DNA from: Octopus sinensis
Taxonomy: Eukaryota
DNA length: 64,000 nt
Assembly (NCBI RefSeq): GCF_006345805.1
Contig: NC_043004.1
Location: forward strand, 103,850,001 to 103,914,000
Reading direction: 5' to 3'
Shown here: positions 1 through 12,934 of the stretch, piece after piece
How the letters are laid out: every line of letters begins with the position of its first letter
Numbering within the stretch: the stretch's first letter is position 1
Program-made: the position numbers and the translations under genes
Notes under the pieces: model-generated
What the model was told of the DNA's origin: nothing
Database searches by the model: none
The model's input: only the letters and a program-made list of their open reading frames with translations

Positions 1-19
1 AAACACCCCAATAAACAAC

Positions 20-267
20 GGTGCTATTTAAGAAGAGTGGTCCCGGGGCGCGCACTCGCGTACTCGCGCATCTGCGGTAGCTAGTCGTGACTAGTCGATC
101 CTTTGTGTTTTTGTGTTTAATTTACTTTGTTTAAAAAAAATTATTTATTTTGTGTTTTATTCACTTTTGCTAGGTAGTCGTTGTAGGATCGACTAGTCAC
201 GACAAGCTAGCGCGGATGCGCGAGTAGGCGAGTGCGCGCACCGGGACCACTCTTCTTAAATAGTACC
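20..267. mobile_element. Mutator-like (MULE) MITE with 83-bp TIRs and a 9-bp TSD
   Basis: Arms 20-102 and 185-267 are reverse complements with few mismatches and start with GG. ATAAACAAC lies directly outside both ends (11-19 and 268-276). Confidence 0.85.
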
Positions 268-792
268 ATAAACAACAAAGTACAAAAACAAAAGCGACAT
301 ATGTACTGGGATAGATATGTTCGTCGTAGAAGAAAAAAACCCCTTCAAGGCGGTGCTCCAGCATCGCACAGTCCGATAACCGATTGAAGTAAACCATAAA
401 AGGTAAATGTATCTATGTAGGCATGTATGAGTAAATGACTATATTTGGTATGTAAGGTGTGTCGCTAACAATACCTGTAGACACGACATCGACATAACAC
501 AATAAGACCCGAACAATAAAGGTATTTGACCGCCACCGCTAACTCTGATCCTTACTTCCGCCGGCACACCGCCCTATCCACCCGGCGGTCCACACCCCCC
601 ACCTTCTCACACCAGCATACCTATCCCTCTCATAGTCACCAGCCTACATACATGCCTACAATGTTTGTTTACACAATTATATACCTCCTGACCACTGGGT
701 CATTTCCTTGACGCGTTGCTATTACCCGCAGTGTTGTTGACAAGATCACCTGACATACCTTTCTCTGTGCAGGTGTGTCTTGCCGTCAAACG

Positions 793-1110
<318 letters not shown>

Positions 1111-1120
1111 GTATTCTATA

Positions 1121-1351
<231 letters not shown>

Positions 1352-1679
1352 GTGTGTGTGTGTGTGTGTATGTGTATAGTATGTGTATGTATATATAGTT
1401 GTATAGATGTTTAAATGCACACATATATGTATGTATATATCTGTGTGTGTGTCTTTGTGTCTGTGTTTGTTTCCGTTGGTCCGTCTACGTCCCTATAACT
1501 TAGTGGTTCAGCAAAAAGAGCCCGATCGAATAAGTGCTAGGCTTAAAAAAAAAAACAAGTCAAGGCAGTGCTCCAGCATGGCCGCAGTCAAATGACTGCA
1601 ACAAATAAAAGAATAAATGAATATACGTATATATGTAAGTATGTGTGAGTGTGTATGTATGTTTCTATATATCTATATT

Positions 1680-1721
<42 letters not shown>

Positions 1722-3334
1722 CATACATACATACATACATACATACAAGCACACTTGCTCACACACACACACGTATATAAATATAAGTATATATGTGTGT
1801 GTGTGTTAGTGTATGCGTATGTGTATATGTATGTTTCTATCTATCTATATATCTATATCTATATATATGTATGTATGTGTGTGTGTGTGTGTGTATACAT
1901 ACATACATATATACATACAAGCATACAAGCACACATGCTCACACACACATGTATATAAATATGTAGATATATATATACACATACACATGTACATACTTTT
2001 GTGTACGTGTAGTTTATTTAGCCTAATTACTCTATTTAAAGATATATATTTATTTAAAACATGTATATTTATACAGATATATATTAAATACATTTGAAAA
2101 TATATATATTTAATATATATCTGTAAAAATAAATTTGTCAACACACCCATATATGTTTATAAGCTGACAACATATTAAGACCGTATTCAGATCTATTTAT
2201 AGTTATATCTGTTTGTGTGAGTATATTTAGAGATAGAGGGTGCGCCCGGCAACCAGGCGCAAAACAAAACACCAGGAAAAACTAAGGCACCAAACAAAAC
2301 AGAAAAAAAACATGTAAAATAAATACATAAACATAAAACCTTACTTCCAGAAAACGTCTCACATGTTCAGCTAGAAAGATCACCAATTAAAAACACTAAC
2401 AAAACTACGTCAGCGCCTGTGACAGTCTCTATACAACCAAAGAAGCGACTATCGTGTTAGTATTAGGTGAATCCCCGCCATCGCACCCGCTATGGTAGCG
2501 CCATGCAAATCATTGGCATCGTGGGGATGCCGTTTGGCTTGGCCTCCTGTCACGACGATGCCTTAGACACAGTAAATCCAGCGGGGTTTAAAAACTAGGA
2601 GACCACATGGTGTTGGGAATCACATGATCACTTTACTCCTTGGGGTCTTACCCGATATGAACTGCCTTCTTCATATCGTGTAGAACTTGATTCTGATCAG
2701 GCCCGTTTATAACAGGTCTGATTGGAGGTTATGAGACGTTTTGGCATAGCGGTTTTAGCACTGGCGTTTTGGCGTCACTAATCCGACGCCGACTGATCTG
2801 ACATCGGCCGTTTTAACGTTTCTCTGTTTATGTGTGAGCCTATTTTTTTTAAGTGTATGAGTGTTTATGTCAACCGAGTTCTGTTAATCAATCGTAATCT
2901 CTCTCTCTCTCTCACTCACTCTCTCTATCTCCCTCTTTCTCTCTGCATGTATGACACGCACACAAATCTGTGTGAGCATATTTCTCTTTAATTATACTTA
3001 TATACTTACTTAATGAAAGAAATTGTTGTATACAGTGCTCAGGTGGGATCTTTTCATTTGTGAAGCCAGTTTTTTCAAATTTTTCCTACTGAACCAAACA
3101 ATTTGAAACTTCGTATACTGGTAGAATGTGTCAAAAGTAAACTTAATTGTAAACCAGAATGAAAACGGAATTGTAACTTCTAAGTTTAACATTGTTTAAT
3201 AATTAGAATTTTAACCAATGGTATTCCGTCTTTCGGCTTCATATTATTTACTCCGTCTCGACCACCAATTTGGTGACGTAGTAAACATATGGTATGTAAA
3301 CAAATGTAAACAAAACAATAACGATGAAATTTTT

Positions 3335-3905
3335 TACTCGGTGTATGTGTATATGTATGAATGTATGTATGTATGAATGTATGTATGTATGAATGTATGT
3401 ATGTATGTGTGTATGTATCTATGTATGTGTGTGTGTGTGTATGTGTGTGTATGTATGTGTGTGTATGTATGTATGTATGTATGTATGGCCGATTCGGTGT
3501 TTAGTTTTTTCGAGTGAATACTCGGTGTATGTGTATCTGTATGTATGTGTGTGCATGTGTGTGTGTGTGTATGTATCTATGTATGTGTGTGTGTGTATGA
3601 GTGTGTATGTATGTGTGTGTGTGTATGTATGTATGTATGTATGGCCGATTCAGTGTTTAGTTTTTTCGAGTGAATACTCGGTGTATGTGTATCTGTATGT
3701 ATGTGTGTGTGTGTATGTATCTATGTATGTATGTGTGTGTATGTATGTGTGTGTGTGTGTATCTATGTATGTATGTGTGTGTATCTATGTGTGTGTGTGT
3801 CACACATGTATGTATGGCCGATTCAGTGTTTAGTTTTTTCGAGTGAATACTCGGTGTATGTGTATCTGTATGTATGTGTGTGTGTGTGTATGTATCTATG
3901 TATGT
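3335..3905. repeat. Tandem array of about 3.3 units (156-184 bp), each a conserved core plus a TG/TATG microsatellite; Helentron/HINE-like
   Basis: Units start at 3335, 3519, 3675 and 3848 with TACTCGGTGTATGTGTAT. The first three end GGCCGATTC(A/G)GTGTTTAGTTTTTTCGAGTGAA. Confidence 0.7.
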
Positions 3906-4176
3906 TAGCCTCAAATGTGCACAGTTGCCTACGTCACAAAACTGCTTTCTACGTCACACTAACAGAACGTATTAAATATTAAATATGAAAACAAGCAATC
4001 TCATTGGTTAAAATTCGCAGTTTTAATCTACGATTAAAGTCATAAAATAGATTTTTCTCAAATAAACTAGTTCCAACCTGTGTCTTGTTTTGAAACACTG
4101 TACCAGCATACGAAGTTTCAAATTATTTAGTTAAGTAGAAAGATCTGGGCTCCTGGCCACACAATTGAAAAGATCC

Positions 4177-4390
4177 CTCAGGTGCACTACAACTAACAGA
4201 AGAAAAGAAAAAAGGCCATCAGCTGTACTGTTGGCAGATTTCAAGAAGCATGGAAGGTCTGAAGGATGGAGTGTCTCGACAGCTAACAACTGATGCGGGT
4301 AGTTTATTCCATGCTTCAGCAATTTTAAGCGTGAAAAAATGTGTGTATAAATATTTAGGTAAATCGTGTTCAGGTAACAAATTGTAAATC
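4177..4390 (-). mobile_element. CR1-clade LINE 3' fragment
   Basis: FFTLKIAEAWNKLPASVVSCRD..F C-terminal motif; same family as 61922-62760. Confidence 0.8.
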
Positions 4391-4440
4391 TGTCTGTCTC
4401 TTCCCTCTTTTCTCCCCCCCCCCCTCTGTGTGTGTGTGAG

Positions 4441-4560
4441 TACAGGACACCACAAATAAATGTAGAACACAACGAGAAGCGAAAACATAAAATCAAACAA
4501 GGAAACGGACTTTTTTTTAACAACGAAAAAACAGAGTACAAGACAAACAATACAAGGAAT
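4441..4560 (-). repeat. Short interspersed repeat family, copy 1 of 3
   Basis: TACAGGACACCACAAATA...ACAGAGTACAAGACAA is homologous to 5597-5740 (opposite strand) and 37471-37603. Confidence 0.7.
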
Positions 4561-5596
4561 ATATATTATCTTTTTTTAATAATTTTGATATATATTTAAA
4601 ATAATATAAATTAATTAATCTTATGTATTGGCTTAAGTTTTTCATTGTATGATTTGCCTAATAGTGGTTTTATCTCTAATTTAATATAATATATATATAT
4701 ATATTTCTAATCCTTCAATCCCGTTGCCCCCAACCCATCTCTCCCCCTTCCACGTGCCGGTGTCCGGCCAGCCATGATCTTTCTTTCTTGGCCTGACCGC
4801 CGACCGCCAACACCTCTTATGACCATCTTCTATGTTCCCGCCTTTAGGTTTTCACTTCATACGCGCAAGCTCAATTTGATTTGTTCTCAATCGAAAGACC
4901 GCTGTTGTTATTCGTTGTTGTTTGTATTCGTAATTGTGTATCCTGTTCTCCGTCTTTTTGTCATTGTTGTCGTACACATTCGCTAGCTTTCTTACAAAGG
5001 AGTCTTTTGCTCTTAGCTTAGACTTTTTTTTTGGAGGAGGCAACCAGATCGAACCATCTCAAGCGTAACTGCCCGAAATGGTCGTGACGTCTGGTACTTG
5101 ACTGAAGAAAGAAGGCCACGAATGACTCGTTTTTTTTTTTTTTTTGCCTGTCCTTCTAATTGTTTCACTTTTCCGCCATTGTATCGTCTATCTGTCCGAA
5201 TGTTTTTATTGTCCTCTATGGCGATAAAAGTGAAACAAGGCCTTCCGAGATGAGTGACTGGTCATTCAAAGAGATTTATAGATTGCAAATTTATTCTGTC
5301 CAGTTACCTATCGGCATAGTGATCATTGGCAAACTCCAGAGGTGACACTTTCATTTCATCTTAGCCCTCATGTCACACAGTTGTTAATGCCTTGCATTTA
5401 TAATAAAATAAATATAACAAATTATAAAAATAATTAAAAAAAATATAGAGTACAGTACCGTTTCTGCTTCACGGATGTTCACCAATCGCGAGGGGGTGGG
5501 AGGGGAATGTAACACCCGCGATAGTCGAGGGATTACTGTATATATGTTTGTATATGTATATTGACCTTCGAAACGTGGAGTAGATGAAACAAAGGC

Positions 5597-5740
5597 GACT
5601 GAAGAAGGGGAATTTTCCTTGTTTTGTATGTCCTGTACTCTATTTTTTCGTTGTTTAAGAAAAATGTCCAGTTCCTTGGTTTTGTGTTTATGTTTTCGTT
5701 TCTCATTGTGTTCGACGTTTTTTTTTTGGGTGTCCTGTAC
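5597..5740 (+). repeat. Short interspersed repeat family, copy 2 of 3
   Basis: Reverse-complement homology to 4441-4560 and 37471-37603. Confidence 0.7.
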
Positions 5741-5835
5741 CCATATATGCATGTATATATACATGTAGAGGTAGGTACGTACATATATGTACGTATATAT
5801 GCATATGCCTTATTTTATTTATTAATTTATTATAT

Positions 5836-5866
<31 letters not shown>

Positions 5867-5870
5867 GTAT

Positions 5871-5955
<85 letters not shown>

Positions 5956-6212
5956 CATACACTGAGACAGAGAGAAAGGTAGCTAGATCGTTATCATCGA
6001 TGAGTGTCAATACTATAACATGCGCTGTGAACCATTATATCGCCAAGATGCACGCAGACAGATGGACGATAAGAGGGCAATAACGACAGGTGTGTTGTCT
6101 AGTGTGAATCCAAACGGCCAATCAGGTGGAGGACAGGTAAGGGACAGAGACAGGGTCGTAGGCAGGTGGACAGAAGAGATTTATTTACTTTAATACCTGG
6201 TCTTTGTAACTG

Positions 6213-6540
6213 GTGGTTACTGTTGTTTTGGTGGCGGTGGTGGAGGTTGTGGCGGTTGTGGTGGTGATAGCGGCAGTTTTGGTGGTGGTGGTGGTGGTGG
6301 TAATTGAGATGTTGGTGGTTGTAGTGGTGGAGGTGATGATGATGAAGATGATAATGATGATGGTAGTGGTGGCTGTGGTGGTGATGATGATGATGAGGAT
6401 GATAGTGGTGAAAGTGGTAGTAGTAGTAGTAGTAGTAGTAGTAGTAATAGTAGTAGTAGTAGTAGAAGTAGTATTTGTAGTAGTGGTGGTGGTGGTGGTG
6501 ATGATGATGACGATAGTGGAGATGGTTGGTGGTGGTGGGG
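6213..6540. repeat. Compound (GGT)/(GAT)/(GTA) trinucleotide microsatellite
   Basis: Direct reading. Confidence 0.9.
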
Positions 6541-7199
6541 TTAAGTTATTTTTGGCAAGGAGTGTTTGTTGTGGTGTCCCTGAAACATCAAAAAAAAAAC
6601 CCAAAGAAAAAAAGAATACTTCCACTCCCCATTAAAAACAAAACAAAACAAAACCAAAAATAAGTGATGCTATGCATACACACACATACACGCACCTCCA
6701 CGTCAATACCCCCAAACCCACACCCATTTGTCCCCCCTATTCAAACCCCAACATCACCCATCATCGTCAAATGGTGTCAATATTTTCAACCCCTTCCCAG
6801 TTATAACTGACGTCACTCATCATCCCCACCCCCTCATTTTCCTAGTCTCCCTTACTCCCCCCGTTTTTTTTTTTGCGGGTGCGGTTAGAATGAGACGTGG
6901 TAGGGTGAGGTGTGCTGTTATACATAGATATATTCGTGTGTGTGTGTGTGTGTTTGTGTGTGTGTTAAAATTTATATTTGTTATTTCTATAAAAACAACA
7001 TAAGTGACATTGGACGGCGATGGCTTCCTCACTTCAAACACGTTTCGGAAACACACACACACTCACACATACACACACACACACAACACACACACACACA
7101 CAAGTAACAACAACGCACACATACAATAATACATACAATTTACGCATCTACACATTTTACACACATAGACAGGCATATACACGCAATCATATATATATA

Positions 7200-7245
<46 letters not shown>

Positions 7246-7440
7246 GCACATAAATATATTAATACTCACACATACACAGATACACACGGTAGCACACTTG
7301 TCGCGAAAACACAAAGCTGTGAGTTCACGCGTACGGGAAACCTACGTTTTTTTCGTCGAGGAATCATGTGCCCCAATATTAGACTATTTTCTCTAGTCAA
7401 CACACGATGATCGCTTATAAGCTTTATTATTATCATCATC

Positions 7441-7975
7441 TTTACTTTTAATCTGCATCTTTGTTATAGTCACTGCCCGAGACACATCCAGCGTGCTAGG
7501 ACGACTGAAGGGTAAGAGATGTTACAATATGACTGACAGCTTGGGGAGTGGGGGTAGGTAGTGAGATATCTTCATGTAATACAACACAGACATTTAAATG
7601 GATAGGGTCTTTCTGAAGATGTGACCAGTACTTGTCAGCATAATCTTTTGGATTTCTCTGAGACATGGTTCTCCTGGGATCTTGTCAAGAGGTTTCTGAC
7701 ATCCCCCCTTTTTTTAATCATACCTAGGGTACCTTACAATAATAGGAATAGTTCTCGCTTTAAGATGCCACATCTTTTGTATTTCAATTTCTAGGACCTT
7801 ATATTTACTTAGTTTATCAAATTCCTTGACAGATATATTTCTATCAGTGGAAACATTTACATATATTAGTGTACAATTATTTTCTTCCTTGTCTTTAATA
7901 ATTATGTCTGGTCGATAACTTGGATCGTTCTGTCAGTGTTGACTGGAAGATCCCAGAAGACAGTGACACTTATAA
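7441..7975 (-). mobile_element. Degraded RLE-type (R4/Dong-like) LINE 3' fragment
   Basis: Minus-strand VFWDLPVNTDRTI..RPDIIIKDKEE..KEFDKLSKY..LEIEIQKMWHLK, with frameshifts. The 3' end abuts an ATT/ATC tract. Confidence 0.75.
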
Positions 7976-7990
7976 AGACTCTCCGATAGT

Positions 7991-8402
7991 TCTTTATTAC
8001 CCACAAGGGGCTAAACACAGAGGGGACAAACAAGGACAGACATAGGTATTAAGTCGATTAAATCGACCCCAGTGCGTAACTGGTACTTAATTTATCGACC
8101 CCGAAAGGATGAAAGGCAAATTCGACCTCGGCGGAATTTGAACTCACAACGTAACGCAGACAAAATACCTGTTTCTTTACTACCCACAAGGGGCTAAACA
8201 CAGAGGGGACAAACAAGGACAGACAAACGGATTAAGTCGATTACATCGACCCCAGTGCGTAACTGGTACTTAATTTATCGACCCCGGAAGGATGAAAGGT
8301 AAAGTCGACCTCGGCGGAATTTGAACTCAGAAACGTAACGGCAGACGAAATACGGCTACGCATTTCGGCCGGCGTGCTAACGGTTCTGCCAGCTCGCCGC
8401 CC
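7991..8402 (-). mobile_element. Two head-to-tail tRNA-derived SINEs (family A); the left copy is 5'-truncated
   Basis: Near-identical copies at 7991-8168 and 8169-8402, with a B-box-like GAGTTCAAATTCC and a central GCCTTTCATCCTTTCGGGGTCGATAAATTAAGTACCAG domain (Meta-domain-like, by recall). Confidence 0.85.
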
Positions 8403-8419
8403 TGAATTATAGTTCTTAA

Positions 8420-9409
8420 TTACCGGTTATTCTTTACTTGAAAGCAGGCAATAACAAGTCACCAAAGGTTTCAAGTAGTGCTTTCTCCTGTGACTCAAAG
8501 AGACTATGCTCTCCTTAGAATGCGTACTGTACCCAACAATCCTGTCTTTTGGATCACCTCAAGCCTGACAGCAGCTCCAACATTCTTAATATATTTTATA
8601 AATCCCTTGGAAATTGCTCCTAACGCTCCAGTTACCACCGGTATCACCATTACTTTCCTCATGTCCCATAACTTTCCTATCTCGTCCCGCAGTGGCTGGT
8701 ATTTCCTAATCTTTTCTCTTTCCTTACATTTCACCCTCGAATCGCCTGGTATTGCAACATCCATTATCTTTATTTCTTTTTCATCGTTATGGATGAGCAC
8801 GATATCTGCTCATCTCGCTTCTATGACTTGGTCGCACTGCATGTTAAAATCCCAAAGTTTTCTTTTGTAATGTTCGTTTTCCTTTGTTCCCCCTGGCTTG
8901 TATTCATGTCATTGTTCGGCTCTCTCGAGGCTTGCTTTACTGCACAACAACCAGTGGACATAACTGGTCGCATCGATGCGTTTCCTTTTGTATTCGCGTT
9001 GTGCGAGCTTACAGCACTCACTAACAATATGGCTTATACTGTCTCCCTTCTCAGAGCACATCCTACACTGTGGCGAGTGCTTTGATCAATGTGATATTTG
9101 GAGTAGTTTGTTCTGAGAGCTTGTTCTTGAGCGTTGCACACTAATGCCTCAGTGGACCCTTTTAACTCACCTTTCTGCAGCCATTGCCAGGTTCTATTCC
9201 AATCAATCTCATCTTTATTCTTCAAGAACTGACTGTGCATTTTCTTGTCCCACCAACATTTCTACATCTGCTTTCTCTGGTCTTTCTTAAATTGTGTTGG
9301 ATCTACGGCTTCATGCACTTTTAAGGTTCCCTGCATTTTCACTGCTTTAATAATTTCTTCTTTACTCCCCTTGACATACCAAGCCAGGCTAATCTCCTCT
9401 TCCCTTACA

Positions 9410-9410
<1 letters not shown>
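8420..9410 (-). mobile_element. 5'-truncated RLE-type (R4/Dong-like) LINE, pseudogenised
   Basis: ORFs 9034-9240 and 8504-8800 on the minus strand: TEALVCNAQEQALRTNY, zinc-knuckle remnant (ETVSHIVSEC), LWDF, MDVAIPGD..KEREKIRKY, IPVVTGALG. The truncated end abuts (ATT)n. Confidence 0.88.
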
Positions 9411-9573
<163 letters not shown>

Positions 9574-9575
9574 TA

Positions 9576-9760
9576 CAAGACAGCGAGTTTGCAGAATTCG
9601 TCCGTACGCTGGACGAAATACTCGGCGATATTTCGTCCGTCATTACGTTCTGAGAACAAATTCCACCGAACTCGATTTTGCCTTTCATCCTTTCAGAGTG
9701 GATCAAATATCCACTCGCCCAAAATTGGTGCCCTTGTGGTAAAATATGAAACCATTATTA
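9576..9760 (+). mobile_element. Family A SINE, diverged
   Basis: CAGCGAGTTTGCAGAATTCG...GCCTTTCATCCTTTC...ATTATTA tail. Confidence 0.7.
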
Positions 9761-9798
9761 TTAATTACAGAATATATATATGTATGTATGTGTGTGTT

Positions 9799-9888
<90 letters not shown>

Positions 9889-9913
9889 GTATGTATGTAT
9901 ATATATATGTATG

Positions 9914-9944
<31 letters not shown>

Positions 9945-10767
9945 GTATGTATATATATATGTATGTATATATATATGTATGTATGTATATATATATGTAT
10001 GTATGTATGTATATATATATGTATGTATGTATATATATATATGTATGTATGTATGTATATATATATGTATGTATGTATATATATATATATATATAGATAG
10101 ATAGATAGATAGATAGACAGATTGATAGATAAATAGATAGATAGACAGACAGATAAATAGATAGACAGATAGACAGACAGATAAATAGATAGATAGATAG
10201 ATACATACATACATGCATGCATGCATGCATACACACACACATACCTACATGCTTACATACATACATACATTCATGTATGCATGCATGCTTACATACATGC
10301 TTACATACATGCTTACATAATACATACATAATACATACATGCATACATACATGCATACATACATACATACATTACAGAAAATATAGTAAAACTCGAAGAC
10401 TGAATAGCTGCAAAAACAGCCTTGAAGACGAGGTAAATATCCCTAAAATACTGAAGGAAGTCGGCCAGCAGGTGGTTACGGAGAATCGAACCCTGTACCA
10501 TCCCGATAGCGGATGAGGGGCAGGGACGCTTAGATGAATTGTATAGAGCCTAGCTCTATACTATTCTCTGTAGCAGCCTGCGGGCAACTATTTTTCTCTT
10601 CTTCTAGAGGTATTTATCCAAATCGTCAAAGGTGTTTTTACAGTTGGTCCGCATTCGAGCCTTACTTTATTTCCTATAAAATACCAACTACTTCTAAGTT
10701 TGTTTATTATAAACAGATACATACATACATACATACATACATACATACATACATACATACATACATA

Positions 10768-11760
10768 CACAGACATGCCAGAAGTAAATAGATACCCCCA
10801 TAAAACATCGTTTTATGTTTATTCTAACTTGTAAAGGTTTACATTTTTCATTAATTGACATTTTTATGTTTCAGGTTCTATATATGCTTGCTTAATCATG
10901 CCATGTACAAAAGAAGCATTGAAACTGTTTGAATTTCAAAGAGGCTATATTGTGTGGCTCATGCTAGAGGTGGACATAGCGTAAAATCCTAGAAAACCCG
11001 TGATCCCACTTTCTACAGTTAATAGAGTGATTGTGAAATTCACCAGAGAGAGGGAGTCCACATCACCTCACCCAGATCAACCAGGGCCCTCTGACAGAAC
11101 TCTTCTCTTTGTTAAGAGAAGTGTGGAGGATAATTCGCGTTGCAAAGCCTCTGACATAGCAGAACAAATTGATGTCAGTCGCAGAACAGCTGTCAGGCAT
11201 CTCGACAAACTTGGTTCCTACGGCAGAGCAGCAAGAAGGAAGTCACTTCTTCAACTCGCCAACATCAAGCGGAACAGAGATTGGGTCAGTGAGATGGTGG
11301 AGAGGCCACTAGCATTTTGGGACACAGTCATATTCTCTGATGAGTAAAGATTTGCTGTATTTCCTGACAGCGGTCGAGTGTATGTTTGGAGACTGTGATC
11401 AAGAATTTGACGTGAAAAGATTGCAGCCAACAATGAAATACGGCAGCCATTCTATGATGGTCTGGGGAACAATTTGGAGCAATGGTTGATCAGAGCTGGT
11501 GGAGTATGAGGGAAACATAAACTCAGATAAATATGTGTCCATATTGCAGAAAGGACTCCTAATCTTCTCCAGTGGTGAAATGATTAAAGAAGACTCTTTA
11601 TGCATGGAAGATGGAGCTCCTTGTCACACGGCTAAAATGACCCAAGATGTATTGGATGATAATGGTATTAAAATTTTTCCATGGCCAAGCAAGTCACCAG
11701 ATATGACGTCAATTGAACACCTCTGCGACATAATGGATAGGACACGTCATAAAAAGAACA
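10768..11760 (+). mobile_element. Tc1-like transposon (DD34E), degraded
   Basis: ATG at 10898, MPCTKEALKLFEFQRGYIV; VIFSDE; EDGAPCHT...WPSKSPDMTSIE with 34 aa counted between D and E; stops and frameshifts. No right TIR seen. Confidence 0.88.
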
Positions 11761-11989
11761 AAAAATATGATGTTGAAAATGCACCTAAATTTTAGAAACA
11801 TTTATTTACATATATACCAAACTAATTTCAACAATATTTCTTGTTTATCAATTGTTAAATTTTAAAATTAGAAAAATATCTTTAAAAGTTTCAATGTTGA
11901 CAAATTAAAATGTTTCAAAACAGAAGGTATAAGTTTGAATGTTCATAGCAGTCAATAAAATTAAAACTGTGTATCAATTTGTTTGAATG

Positions 11990-12164
11990 TACAGTGGCAA
12001 GAGAGGAAGAGGCCGACCAAGAATCCGCTGGCTTGACACCATCAGGAGTGATACCGGAATGGACATGGCCAATCTGAAGGAAGCGGCCCAGGATAGAACT
12101 GACTGGAGGACACTGATCCAACGAGTGACCGAGAGTCGACTTCGACTGAGCGGATAGAGAGAGA

Positions 12165-12215
<51 letters not shown>
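11990..12215 (+). mobile_element. RTE-clade LINE 3' end with (GA)n tail
   Basis: GKRGRGRPRIRWLDTIRSDTGMDMANLKEAAQDRTDWRTLIQRVTESRLRLSG*, followed by (GA)n. Confidence 0.85.
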
Positions 12216-12216
<1 letters not shown>

Positions 12217-12375
12217 ACAAATGTCATTAATTTTGGTGGTGGTCGACAAAAAAATAAGTGTGAAATGAAAATAGTGAAAATAAGGGGGAATTTGGTTTGC
12301 AGTTTCTCTGATCCTCTTCTAAAAGGCGCTTTCACTTGTAGTGGTATGTTTTGGGATCAGATGAATTTATAATCT

Positions 12376-12802
12376 TTTTCCGCGAGCGGAACTGATTTTT
12401 TATTCGTTAAAATTCTGGGGACTTTTTTTTTTCTATGGTCAAGCTTGTCGTTCTGCTTGGCTGGTTTCCTGGTGGATACGGTCATAAGTCGTTCCGGTTG
12501 GTTGGTTCTCTTAAAGGGTAATTTCGGTTTTGATTGGTCTGGAGTTAAGTGACCTCAGCAACCGGTGTTTGTAGAATTTCATTGGTCTAAAGGTGTGTGA
12601 CGTCACCAACTGGTGTTCGTGTAGTGATGCTAAAGTTGATTTTTTAAAAGTAAGTTTTTGGTTGTTCTTAGTTGTTTTGTGTGTGTGTATGTGTGTGTGT
12701 GTATGTGTGTGTTGAAATTGAGTCTTTTTTCTCTTCTTTTTACTGCTCTTTCTTCTTTCTAAAGGATATTCAGCTGTGGTTTATATTTTTTAATCAGTAT
12801 GT
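12376..12802 (+). promoter_or_regulatory. Candidate Pol II promoter with two short non-coding 5' exons
   Basis: Inverted CCAAT boxes at 12533-12537 and 12581-12585; CRE TGACGTCA at 12598-12605; donor GTAAGT at 12650-12655; long polypyrimidine tract plus AG at 12763-12764; donor GTATGT at 12797-12802. Confidence 0.5.
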
Positions 12803-12832
12803 TTTCCTTATTTCAACGGAATTGGGTTGAAG

Positions 12833-12885
<53 letters not shown>

Positions 12886-12934
12886 GTGTGTGTGTGTGTG
12901 TATGTGTGTGTGCTCGCACGTATATGCATATATA

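Noticed and set aside
4852-5043. 63-aa minus-strand ORF with an NLS-like PPPKKKSK
   Set aside because: Non-ATG start, lysines come from a T homopolymer, no recognisable family.
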